The notes under the pieces are model-generated. The model was not told the origin of the DNA. It worked only from the letters and a program-made list of their open reading frames with translations, and searched no databases. A stretch of 64,000 nucleotides of DNA from a virus: positions 5,939-69,938 of IMG/VR virus record IMGVR_UViG_3300045988_182694; one strand, given 5' to 3'. Below are positions 25,550 to 34,188 of the stretch, piece after piece. The position numbers were made by a program, and so were the translations under genes. Every line of letters begins with the position of its first letter. Within the stretch, counting starts at the first letter, position 1.

Positions 25550-26071
25550 TTATTCGGTTTTCACAGCCGGCGTGGTGACACCATCGAAGATATTGCCGAT
25601 GACACGGTATTTAGTGCCGAGCAGCTTGCAGAACGGTACGAAATGGCCGTTATCATAGGCTTCATCCATCAGCTCTGCCGCTGTCTTCGTCTTCAGAGAC
25701 TCATTCACCAGCAGGCCAAAGGAACCGTTGCGGAACACGACTGTGTGCTCGTTAAAACGAGCCGTGGGGTGGAAGCCCTCAAAAGTCTCTACAATGTCTC
25801 CCTCGAATACCTTGGTTCCATCCTTGTCGTCGATACCGGTATACTGCGTAACGGTATCCGCGTAGACACCGCAAACGTCGCGGCTTTCAGCCGTGTCGGA
25901 CAAGTACGTGTAGATGATGGCGAAGTCCTTCGGGCTATTATGGGGACGTGCGGCGCCCCCGTAAACCCAAATTCCCGGCAGGGGTGCTCCGGTTGCCATG
26001 CGAACTTTCTCGCCATGCCGCCGAATCTGGCCGCGAAACAGAATTTCTTTCACTGCTTTTTCTCCTTTCAT
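25550..26071 (-). CDS. YopX-family protein
   Basis: ...EILFRGQ...TVTQYTGIDDKDGTKVFEGDIV...RVIGNIFD pattern. True start may be GTG 26053 (AAAGGAGAAAAAGCA RBS) rather than ATG 26071. Confidence 0.65.
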   Translation of the reverse strand: MKGEKAVKEILFRGQIRRHGEKVRMATGAPLPGIWVYGGAARPHNSPKDFAIIYTYLSDTAESRDVCGVYADTVTQYTGIDDKDGTKVFEGDIVETFEGFHPTARFNEHTVVFRNGSFGLLVNESLKTKTAAELMDEAYDNGHFVPFCKLLGTKYRVIGNIFDGVTTPAVKTE

Positions 26072-26074
26072 TTT

Positions 26075-26374
26075 TCAATGCAGTCCGTGTAGTTTTTTCC
26101 ACTGGGCTTTATCCATCCAAGGACCGTCGAAGCTGTCGTCCACACATTCAGTACGGAGACAGTTGGGGCAAACGAGACAGTCCACAGCCCGCCGGACACG
26201 ACCGGTCTTGAACCGCACACCATGTTGGATGATTTCTTCCTCCTCCACGAAGTAGCTCGGTTCAAGCTCGCAGCCACAGGTGCCGCAGATGCCGAATGGG
26301 TTCGTATCGCCCTTGTAGGTGCCGTTCTGTTTTTGGATATTCTCCTGAATCACTGCATGGTAATCCGTCGCCAT
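26075..26374 (-). CDS. Zinc-ribbon protein (99 aa)
   Basis: CGTCGC...CLVCPNC. Confidence 0.6.
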   Translation of the reverse strand: MATDYHAVIQENIQKQNGTYKGDTNPFGICGTCGCELEPSYFVEEEEIIQHGVRFKTGRVRRAVDCLVCPNCLRTECVDDSFDGPWMDKAQWKKLHGLH

Positions 26375-27108
26375 CAGAACTGCACCTCCTCAAATTCAAT
26401 GACCCATACCCACGGGTTTTCGGCCCACTTTGACAGGGCCTTGTGTTCGGGAATCGTGCTGTCCCACAGCTCGATAAACTTCTCCTGAAGGGACATGGTG
26501 TTCTCGCCGGAGGTACTGTCACAGGTGATGCCCTCCTTAGTGAAGTCCTCGTCCTTCATGTCATTCAAATGTTCCAACCGCACATCCGTCACACGCAGGA
26601 AAATGCGTGCCGCCTCTTTGGGCATATGAATGGACGGTGTCCAGTGAATGAGGGAACTCACCTCAGGGGAGTTTTTCAAATCCTCATCCGAATAATCGGC
26701 CTTGTAGAGCCAGCGGTTGAAATCGCAGGCACAAGTTGTCTCACGGACATACAGGATATCGCCCTTATCAAACGGGGCGCGAAAGCTGCGGATGACAGCA
26801 TCCGTATCAGCAAAGGCTGCCACGAGACGCCCATCACCGTCACGGTACAGACCTTCCGCTCGTTTGCCGGCGAAGTGAAACGCACCACGGCGTGTTACCG
26901 TCTTGCGCCCCTCGCGGATGGCACGTACCATCTCGCCGTTGAACAGGATAGGCTTCAGCTTCTTGTCCTTGAAGATGTCGGGGTCATAGTGGACACCGGC
27001 TTTCTCGCGCAGCTCCTTACAGCGGGAACCTCTGTAGATGCTGGTATCGCACTCCCTGACCGGACAATTCGTGAAACAGGCACTTCTGTCCTCGGTAGGC
27101 TTTGTCAT
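26374..27108 (-). CDS. ASCH/PUA-like domain protein (tentative, 244 aa)
   Basis: KPILFNGEMVRAIREGRKTVTRR motif, recalled from phage ASCH-like proteins. Start refined to ATG 27108. Confidence 0.4.
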   Translation of the reverse strand: MTKPTEDRSACFTNCPVRECDTSIYRGSRCKELREKAGVHYDPDIFKDKKLKPILFNGEMVRAIREGRKTVTRRGAFHFAGKRAEGLYRDGDGRLVAAFADTDAVIRSFRAPFDKGDILYVRETTCACDFNRWLYKADYSDEDLKNSPEVSSLIHWTPSIHMPKEAARIFLRVTDVRLEHLNDMKDEDFTKEGITCDSTSGENTMSLQEKFIELWDSTIPEHKALSKWAENPWVWVIEFEEVQF

Positions 27109-27128
27109 GTTTTTTTCTCCTTTCTTAT

Positions 27129-27707
27129 TTAACTGCTCCAGCGCATCCATTCAGGTACAGGTCCGTAGCCGCGCTGCGCTTGCGGGGAAGCAGGGTAGGG
27201 GTACGGTCTCGCTCCTGCTACATGAGCCACAGCAACCGTTCTGCAGCCGCCGGACGGTGTCCTGTACTGCCGAATCGCCGGCGCGTACAGGAACCCGTCT
27301 ACAGCTTGCCTTACGGTCATAGCCGAAAACTTCGGCGCTCTCCAGCGATGCTCCTTCGAGTAATAGATTTCACGCACTCTGCACGTTGCGACCGTGACAG
27401 GGATACGTGGGTCATCTACTGTGTGCTCACAGACAATAGCAATAGATGTCTTGCCAACTCTGGCCGCATCTTCAACCATTCTCTGCAATGCAAGGCGCTG
27501 GCCGTAGGGCATAGCAGCATCACGGTGCTTTACTTCGAAAAACACATATCCCTTATCATGATATTCGATTAGTCCGTCGATATCGGTAGGGTAGAGGTTG
27601 TGCTTGTTTTCGATGGTCATGCCCGTGAAGCTGATGAGCTGTTTCATCCTCGTGGGAAATTTAATGTAGTCCTTCCTCACGGGTGTTTCCTCCTTTCTTT
27701 GAGGCAT
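27129..27707 (-). CDS. Hypothetical protein with possible PD-(D/E)XK nuclease motif (192 aa)
   Basis: PTDIDGLIEY...YVFFEVK resembles a D...ExK core; weak. Confidence 0.3.
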   Translation of the reverse strand: MPQRKEETPVRKDYIKFPTRMKQLISFTGMTIENKHNLYPTDIDGLIEYHDKGYVFFEVKHRDAAMPYGQRLALQRMVEDAARVGKTSIAIVCEHTVDDPRIPVTVATCRVREIYYSKEHRWRAPKFSAMTVRQAVDGFLYAPAIRQYRTPSGGCRTVAVAHVAGARPYPYPASPQAQRGYGPVPEWMRWSS

Positions 27708-27712
27708 CCCCC

Positions 27713-28045
27713 TTAGCGGGGGATGCCCTTGCCGTTTTTCAGCATCGAAATGACCTTCGCAGCAACGGCATCGTCGGCTACAAACTGGTTATAGCCGTTC
27801 TTCAGACTGTTGCTGGAAAAGTCCTTTGTGTCCTTGGCGTAGCGGCACATAGACTGGCTGGAAATCGGGCCGTAGATGGAGTGCTCGGTGTTTACGTAGA
27901 CACAGCTATCGCCGCAGGTCACGAAACCGGAGCATCCGCGCCGCTGCCCATTGACAGCGATATTCTTCAGTTCGACCTTGATTTCCATACCGTGCTGCTC
28001 CGCCAGTGTGGTGAGACTGTTCTTCAGCTTCGTTGCAAACAACAT
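27713..28045 (-). CDS. Hypothetical protein (110 aa)
   Basis: Start refined to ATG 28045 (AAAGGTGGTG RBS). Confidence 0.6.
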   Translation of the reverse strand: MLFATKLKNSLTTLAEQHGMEIKVELKNIAVNGQRRGCSGFVTCGDSCVYVNTEHSIYGPISSQSMCRYAKDTKDFSSNSLKNGYNQFVADDAVAAKVISMLKNGKGIPR

Positions 28046-28049
28046 AATC

Positions 28050-28679
28050 TCACACCACCTTTCGTTCCACCCAGACATCTCCCAGCTTTGCACACTCGTA
28101 GTGGTAGGGGCAGTCGTAGTGGGAATCGCAGCCTTCGTCAACGAAGGTCTGGCAGGTGGCGCAGTCCAGATTGTGATGCAGCAGCCGCCGGATAACATCC
28201 CGTGCATTTGCAGTTTCGACTGCAAGGTAGGAAAAGGCTCTCGCCTTGACGCTTGCGTCGTGTTCGTCCGTGTAGTAGAGGGAAGACGCACAGAGGACCT
28301 TTGCGCCGAACACGCGGCGGCACTCCTCATCGGAGAGCATCTCGCCGACGAACGGAAAAAGCCCACGTCTGGCTCTGAGCTGATTGCTGACGAAAGCGTG
28401 TGTGTTCTTCGCCAGCTCCACGCCCTCATGTGCCTCCTCCGGTGTGTCGAAGGACAACGCACACACATCCACCAGAGAGCTTTCGCCGACGGGGGAGTGG
28501 TTCACATAGAGCATCACGTACTTCTTGCTGGGCAAGGTCGCAGTTCTTGTTGCATCCTCGCCCTTGAGACACACGTAACGCGCCACGTTGTCGTTCCACA
28601 CAAACTGCTTACAAGAAGCGCAGGTGTTCTCCGGCTTATCGCATCCGACTTTCGTCTCAACGACCTTGATGTTTGCCAT
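28050..28679 (-). CDS. Hypothetical Cys-rich protein (209 aa)
   Basis: First gene after module G. ATG 28679 behind GGGAGAAAGGAGAAAATT. Confidence 0.7.
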   Translation of the reverse strand: MANIKVVETKVGCDKPENTCASCKQFVWNDNVARYVCLKGEDATRTATLPSKKYVMLYVNHSPVGESSLVDVCALSFDTPEEAHEGVELAKNTHAFVSNQLRARRGLFPFVGEMLSDEECRRVFGAKVLCASSLYYTDEHDASVKARAFSYLAVETANARDVIRRLLHHNLDCATCQTFVDEGCDSHYDCPYHYECAKLGDVWVERKVV

Positions 28680-28752
28680 AATTTTCTCCTTTCTCCCAGC
28701 CTGTTGTGAGGCCTTACGGGAATACAAAACGTATGTAAATATATAAAAAAAA

Positions 28753-28881
28753 GACAGCCACCCCATGAATGGGATAACTGTCTGAATTTATTGCGGTGAC
28801 TTGGAAAACGGAGATAATCTCCTTTATAAAAATAGCTTCGTAATTATAATTCTATACTACCACAACCTGATATTTTGTCAA
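28753..28881 (-). promoter_or_regulatory. Promoter-leader-hairpin module, copy G
   Basis: -35 at 28876-28881; hairpin 28753-28782 plus U8. Confidence 0.65.
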
Positions 28882-28902
28882 CTACCTCCGTGTCCTGAAA
28901 AT

Positions 28903-28931
28903 GAAAAAAGAGCCGCCGAAGCGACTCTTTT
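28903..28931 (-). terminator. Intrinsic terminator after CDS 28945-29910
   Basis: AGAGTCGC-TTCG-GCGGCTCT plus T-run (minus sense). Confidence 0.7.
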
Positions 28932-28944
28932 TCCGTTATGAGGT

Positions 28945-29910
28945 TTAATTTTCAATAAAAATGGGAGTCATATCCTGCACGCAGGTATAGCGGCCACGAA
29001 GAGCGTCGATTTTTGCCTGAGCATCCTCGAAGGTAGCAAACTTCTGTGCGGAAGAGGCAAAAGAGGTTATGTGCATCCTGCTGCGGCTGATTTTCTCCAG
29101 ATACTTGCCGGAAAAACCGCCTTTGGCGAACATCACCGCATAGGGTTTCGGCGCCATCAGCTTGTCTGTGGCGGGCTTCACTTCCAGATTGAATCTCTGA
29201 AGCAGGTCTCCAAGCTGTTCGGACGCATCCTCATCACTGGCAAACAGCAGCGCATCGCACGCTTCCTTCACATAGTGAACCGTTCTTGAACATCCGAACT
29301 TCTCGAACCCGCTTACGTAGCCATAGCTACGATGCTTCAGCACGACAGGCCCATCCACAGCCTTTGTATTCTTCGGGACGGGGCGCAGGCGTTCACCGCG
29401 CCGCGTTCCGCTGAACGACATGAAGATATAGTGGGCCTCGTGGTCTTTCAGCATCTCACGCGCCTCATCCAGCCAGACCTCCAGCTCGTCCGTCGTTCTG
29501 ACGTACTTCCACAGAAGGTGCTCGCCGGACGTGTAGGGCATCAGCGTTACGTTCAGGTCGTTGACACCGGGGTTGGCAGCGAGGATGTCCTCCAGAGAGG
29601 CGGCATCCTTCACCGCACGGGCGAACCACTTCCGTGTCTGAGCCCCGTTGAGCCACTTGCTGCCGTACACCATGCACTCGGTATCGTTCTCAGCGAAGGT
29701 GTCATTTATCTTCGCCATGAACTCTTCTTCCGGCAGCTCCAGAGCGTTACGGCCCATCATAATGAACCAGTGACGCTCACGCACTTCACGGCGTTTGGAG
29801 TTTTTATCGTAGATAACCTCGGTGCAGTTGTTGCTGCCGCCCAGTGCCAAAGGAATGATGCCGCGAGTCGTCTTGATGAACGTGCGAGAATCAATGATAG
29901 TGTATCCCAT
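28945..29910 (-). CDS. Hypothetical protein (321 aa)
   Basis: ORF with AAAGGAGAAAAATC RBS. Confidence 0.7.
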   Translation of the reverse strand: MGYTIIDSRTFIKTTRGIIPLALGGSNNCTEVIYDKNSKRREVRERHWFIMMGRNALELPEEEFMAKINDTFAENDTECMVYGSKWLNGAQTRKWFARAVKDAASLEDILAANPGVNDLNVTLMPYTSGEHLLWKYVRTTDELEVWLDEAREMLKDHEAHYIFMSFSGTRRGERLRPVPKNTKAVDGPVVLKHRSYGYVSGFEKFGCSRTVHYVKEACDALLFASDEDASEQLGDLLQRFNLEVKPATDKLMAPKPYAVMFAKGGFSGKYLEKISRSRMHITSFASSAQKFATFEDAQAKIDALRGRYTCVQDMTPIFIEN

Positions 29911-29941
29911 GATTTTTCTCCTTTCTTTGCATGAAGCAGCC

Positions 29942-30211
29942 TCACATCACACCATCGTCAACGACATCAATAAAACCGTATTTCAGGCTGTCGTTAATAC
30001 CGTGAACGCTGTGCCCGTTATCGAAATCCTTGCGGAGCTGAGAAGCAGAGGTCTTGGCATCGCCTTCGCCATACTCGAACATCTCAGTCTCGACGCAATT
30101 CGACACGATTTTCTTCAGCTTTGTGTGAGAGGTCGTTGCAGCGACCAAGCGCATGGAGTCTCTTGACTTCCATGCATCGCAGGAAAACACGATGTAAATT
30201 GGCTTATTCAC
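29942..30211 (-). CDS. Hypothetical protein (89 aa)
   Basis: ORF; overlaps the upstream stop. Confidence 0.6.
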   Translation of the reverse strand: MNKPIYIVFSCDAWKSRDSMRLVAATTSHTKLKKIVSNCVETEMFEYGEGDAKTSASQLRKDFDNGHSVHGINDSLKYGFIDVVDDGVM

Positions 30212-30791
30212 AGTCCTTGCTCCTTTCTTTCCGGCCTTTACGGTCGATTTCAGCCACAGGATAGGGCGATGCCTTTCTCATGTTGCTGTCCATGATTCTC
30301 ATTACATGAATGAGCATCTCGGAATAAGCACGATGCATCGTCTCATAGCGGGCACGCCATGTATTATCATCATTGTCGTTGACGCGGGAACTCAACCCCA
30401 TGCTGTAATACAGCGCAGAGTCGATATCCACCATCTCCGCATCTGTCAGATGGCAGATGTATGCGCCAAGCTCGTTCGTGGAGACTGCCATCGGCTGCTC
30501 ACACAACGCCGTGCTGGGGCGGCTTGTGCTGGTGATGAGTACATGAGAGGGAAGCTGCATCTTCGGGGAAGACGTGGTAAACACGACCTCCACGACACTG
30601 CTGTACCGATTCAGGTCATCAGCGGATACGACGATAGCGGGACGGTGGCCCCTGATGACAGAGCTGTTAGAGGGCTGGCCGTCCTTGTCTCTGAACTGAC
30701 TTCCTTCCGGTGCCCAAGGAGAATAAATCTCAATCTCCTTGGCATTGACCCAGAACACATCACCCCTGCGGATGATGCCTTTTCTACCCAT
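30204..30791 (-). CDS. MazF/PemK-like domain protein with ~75-aa C-terminal extension (195 aa)
   Basis: RRGDVFWV...GHRPAIVVSADDLN...VVEVVFTTS...LPSHVLI...ALCEQPMAVS pattern. Confidence 0.5.
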   Translation of the reverse strand: MGRKGIIRRGDVFWVNAKEIEIYSPWAPEGSQFRDKDGQPSNSSVIRGHRPAIVVSADDLNRYSSVVEVVFTTSSPKMQLPSHVLITSTSRPSTALCEQPMAVSTNELGAYICHLTDAEMVDIDSALYYSMGLSSRVNDNDDNTWRARYETMHRAYSEMLIHVMRIMDSNMRKASPYPVAEIDRKGRKERSKDCE

Positions 30792-30999
30792 AGATATGGA
30801 CCTCCTTTCCGTCAGAATTGGTCACGCACATGGGAACGCCGAAAAAAGACAGAACCGACTCAATCGGCTCTGTCTCCATGCAGCCAAGGTGACAACGCTT
30901 GTTTTCGTAGGTCGCCTCGACATATTTCTCGTTCACCATGATGGGCTCGTGGCAAACGCAGCATTCGCCACAGGTGTGAACCTTCTTCTTTACTTTCAT
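30784..30999 (-). CDS. Small zinc-ribbon protein (71 aa), coupled upstream of the MazF-like gene
   Basis: CGECCVCH...CHLGC; 8-nt overlap with 30204-30791. Confidence 0.55.
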   Translation of the reverse strand: MKVKKKVHTCGECCVCHEPIMVNEKYVEATYENKRCHLGCMETEPIESVLSFFGVPMCVTNSDGKEVHIYG

Positions 31000-31208
31000 T
31001 TTTTAACTCCTTTCTTAAATAATTCGCGGATAGCCTGCTGACGCTTCGCTTCGCAGGTCTGCTGCTGCTTCTCGATGGCGGCACGGACTTCGGCAATGCA
31101 GCGCTTCGCACGGTTATCCTGTTCAGGCGTGAACGCTTCGCGGCGCATGGCGTAGACGATGTCCATACGTTCGGACTGCTCCTGCAGCACATAGAGAGGT
31201 ACGCTCAT
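30996..31208 (-). CDS. Hypothetical protein (70 aa)
   Basis: ORF with ATGA-type overlaps on both sides. Confidence 0.55.
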   Translation of the reverse strand: MSVPLYVLQEQSERMDIVYAMRREAFTPEQDNRAKRCIAEVRAAIEKQQQTCEAKRQQAIRELFKKGVKK

Positions 31209-31510
31209 ACGCCCACCTCGACTTTCTTTGCATGAGGGCCGGCCTCACTCCAGACCTTCTTCGTCCAGTCGTAGCTGATGACGCTGTCCTCAGGCGACTT
31301 TTCAGGGTAGCGGGGCTGATAGGCAGCCATGAACGTATCCCTCGTGTGAGCGAAGTAGACGTTCTCTTTGTCGGTCCAAACCCCGCCGAGTTCCTTGATG
31401 ACGCGCTTGAAGCTATACATGGAAGAGGGCTGAACGACCCGCAGAAGGGGATGGCTCAACCCGCAATCGTTGAAGCGGTCGTCCTTTTTGGCAATTTTCA
31501 GTTCCATCAC
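31205..31510 (-). CDS. Hypothetical protein (101 aa)
   Basis: ORF in operon. Confidence 0.6.
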   Translation of the reverse strand: MMELKIAKKDDRFNDCGLSHPLLRVVQPSSMYSFKRVIKELGGVWTDKENVYFAHTRDTFMAAYQPRYPEKSPEDSVISYDWTKKVWSEAGPHAKKVEVGV

Positions 31511-31770
31511 AGCTCACCTCCCTGATAAGGGCGGCTGCGTCTGTTACGGAACGGAGGCATCACCGGTGCGGTGTAGCTGGTCAGCTCACCAGTCAGCTTC
31601 ACAGGTACGCAGGCGAGCAGACCTCGCTGCTGTCTGTACTGATGTGCCAGATTGTTGCGGGCCTGACGCTCCGATACGGCCATGGTCGTACCGCCCCACT
31701 TATTCGTGGAGATGTCGTCATACACACGGATAGGGCCGAGGTAGCGATAAACCTTTTTGGGCTGTGCCAT
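31507..31770 (-). CDS. Hypothetical basic protein (87 aa)
   Basis: First gene after module H with GAAAGGAGAAATGAACT RBS. Confidence 0.65.
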   Translation of the reverse strand: MAQPKKVYRYLGPIRVYDDISTNKWGGTTMAVSERQARNNLAHQYRQQRGLLACVPVKLTGELTSYTAPVMPPFRNRRSRPYQGGEL

Positions 31771-31825
31771 AGTTCATTTCTCCTTTCGTTTTTCTTGCAA
31801 AATGTATAAAAATATATAAAAAAAA

Positions 31826-31953
31826 GACAGCCACCCCACGAATGGGATAACTGTCTTGATTACTTATGGTGACTTGGAAACGGAGATAATCTCCTTTATA
31901 AAAATAGCTTCGTAATTATAATTCTATACTACCACAGTTTGATATTTTGTCAA
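31826..31953 (-). promoter_or_regulatory. Promoter-leader-hairpin module, copy H (short 5' UTR variant)
   Basis: -35 at 31948-31953; hairpin 31826-31855 plus U8. Confidence 0.65.
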
Positions 31954-31963
31954 TTCCTTTTGG

Positions 31964-31999
31964 CTTAAAAAAAGAGATGGGTGCTTTGCATCCATCTCT
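31964..31999 (-). terminator. Intrinsic terminator after CDS 32006-33187
   Basis: AGAGATGG...CCATCTCT plus T7 (minus sense). Confidence 0.7.
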
Positions 32000-32005
32000 T
32001 TCAAT

Positions 32006-33187
32006 TTAGCTATTTTGCAATTCGTAATTGTACTGTGCTACCCAGCAATCGCAAAGTGCATCAGAAATGATTTCACTTCTTGCCTCGTCGTCATCGACAA
32101 TGAGAAGCGCAGACAAGGTTTTCTTTTCAGCGTCATCAAGTTCGAATTCTTTTGCGTTTTTATCTTGGTCAGGCATATTTGTGCGAGCCAGAAGGGTTGA
32201 GTATTTAGTATAGTCGGGTGCAACAAAGTAGTCAACTGCCATATCCAGTCCAATACTGAGTATCATCAGATTGCCCATTGTTCCGTTAGGCTCTTGCTTC
32301 TTTTTCTTGGATTCAGGCTTTAAGCATTTTCCGTTTCTGTCGTAAATGATGGCTCTATCTGCTGCCTCAATCGCATCATTTGTAACATTATAGCATCTTT
32401 CCGAATAGTTGCGAAGCTGTGAATTTGCTTCTGTTCCAAATAGTGTCGGTGCAATGGAACAGTCGTCTTCCATTTTTTCTTTCAGCCTTTTTACATACAA
32501 TTCTTGGAAATCAATGGGCCCACTCTTTTTGCCTTCATAAATAAAATTATCTTGCTTAAACCCACTTGCCGTTCCCTGCATCATGTATTTGTCACGCTGC
32601 TTGCACTCTGTCCGAATTTTCTTTTGAATCGCCAACGAGTCTGCATATGGTGTGGCCGCTATTTGAGTAAACAGGCAGGAATATCTGTTAGGCAGGTGGA
32701 TAGGGGCACATTCATCACCAAATAGAATTCTTTCGCAAGACTTGTTCAAGAAATAATATGCCAGCTTATATAGCCCACCAATAGGTACAAAAAAGCCTTC
32801 CGGTCTTTTTCGACTTGTCTGAATTCCGGAATCTATTCCTTCAATAAACAACTCATATGGGCCGACAGTAGTAGCAACTCCTGTATCCGGCTCCTTGAGT
32901 CGTGCCATTTTCGATTCATTTATTCCGATTGCTGCGGAGAGACTTCTCATGTTCCATTCCCCGTACATACGAGGTGCTTTGGTAATGAGATACATTTCTT
33001 CATAGACCTTCGCGGACACAAGTCTTCTTACATTATTCAGCTCTATTCCGAACGCAGTGTATATATCGTTTGAGGCCTTGCGGTTAGAGGTGCTTAACTC
33101 ACTATTATAAGAAACGCGGGTGTTCAGTGCTTCGGCCCACTTTTTGCAGTCCATGAAGGCTTCAATTCCATCAATTCTTTTTCTCAT
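32006..33187 (-). CDS. Hypothetical protein (393 aa) in an AT-richer island; possible degenerate HTH
   Basis: Long ORF, visibly AT-richer than its neighbours; SLSAAIGINESKMARLKE segment. Confidence 0.65.
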   Translation of the reverse strand: MRKRIDGIEAFMDCKKWAEALNTRVSYNSELSTSNRKASNDIYTAFGIELNNVRRLVSAKVYEEMYLITKAPRMYGEWNMRSLSAAIGINESKMARLKEPDTGVATTVGPYELFIEGIDSGIQTSRKRPEGFFVPIGGLYKLAYYFLNKSCERILFGDECAPIHLPNRYSCLFTQIAATPYADSLAIQKKIRTECKQRDKYMMQGTASGFKQDNFIYEGKKSGPIDFQELYVKRLKEKMEDDCSIAPTLFGTEANSQLRNYSERCYNVTNDAIEAADRAIIYDRNGKCLKPESKKKKQEPNGTMGNLMILSIGLDMAVDYFVAPDYTKYSTLLARTNMPDQDKNAKEFELDDAEKKTLSALLIVDDDEARSEIISDALCDCWVAQYNYELQNS

Positions 33188-34140
33188 TCTTTTTCAGCCT
33201 CCATTTCTGCGAGTTTTGCTACGAACTTTTTCACGGCTCTCTTAAATTCCGTCTTATTGGCAGCGGGCATGAAATAGTACGCATCTATAATATCTTCCGT
33301 CGTTGAGTGTTTCGCATATAGACGCAATGTGCTTGGCATTCCCATTAACCAATGTAGAGACACTCCAAATGCAGCCGCTATATGAGGTAGTTGCTTTTCG
33401 TTGCAGGTAGTGAGCGACGCTCTTACGAACATGATTCGAGCTAATTCGTGGATAATTTCTTTTTGCTTATCGTCGATATCGAAAGGTTCTTCGTTTTTCT
33501 GTATGCGTTCGTCTAAATTTAAGATTTCTTTTCGCTTTATAGAGCAATGCCGAGCAAATACATATTGAACTCTCGTCGCTGGACGCAGCATTGCCGTTTT
33601 TGTTTGGTCACTCCAGAACCTATGTCTCCACATCGTACTTATCATACTTTGTGCAGATTCTCTTATAAAGCCATCTCTGGCGATTTCCGGAAGACTATCT
33701 ATCAGTTCATACATCTCTTGGATGTCTTCTGGTAAATCTTGCAGCTTTGGGAAATCTTTATCCGTAAAGGATATCATGTCTGCGTAGGAGGCATCCAGCT
33801 CAGTCAGTATACGAAAAGCGCATTGCCAATTTATTCCTTGCCAACCTATCAGTCTTTGGGTTTCGCCATTTGTAATTGGGAGTCTGTCGAAAAGCACACT
33901 GTCCAATTCTTCTTCTGGGCAGATAAGTTGCTCAACGAACCTTTTCTTTTTCATTTCAGCACGATATGGAGTGGCATCACCAACAATGCTCTTCACCTTG
34001 TTGAGAACTCCTTCGTCCTCCGCCACGTGTAAATAGCGGAGGAGAAGGATGAGTGACTTATATGCAGTTGCTGATAGATTCTCTTCATACTGTTGTACGT
34101 TGCTTGTGCTGTTAGCATCTCTTCTGAAAATTGCGCTCAT
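33184..34140 (-). CDS. Hypothetical protein (318 aa) in the AT-richer island; possible C-terminal HTH
   Basis: ATGA overlap with 32006-33187; LPHIAAAFGVSLHWLMG segment; AAGGGGGAG RBS. Confidence 0.65.
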   Translation of the reverse strand: MSAIFRRDANSTSNVQQYEENLSATAYKSLILLLRYLHVAEDEGVLNKVKSIVGDATPYRAEMKKKRFVEQLICPEEELDSVLFDRLPITNGETQRLIGWQGINWQCAFRILTELDASYADMISFTDKDFPKLQDLPEDIQEMYELIDSLPEIARDGFIRESAQSMISTMWRHRFWSDQTKTAMLRPATRVQYVFARHCSIKRKEILNLDERIQKNEEPFDIDDKQKEIIHELARIMFVRASLTTCNEKQLPHIAAAFGVSLHWLMGMPSTLRLYAKHSTTEDIIDAYYFMPAANKTEFKRAVKKFVAKLAEMEAEKE

Positions 34141-34188
34141 GTCTGAGCTCCCCCTTTTGTAAAAATGCGGTCGTTACGGTTTCTTATT

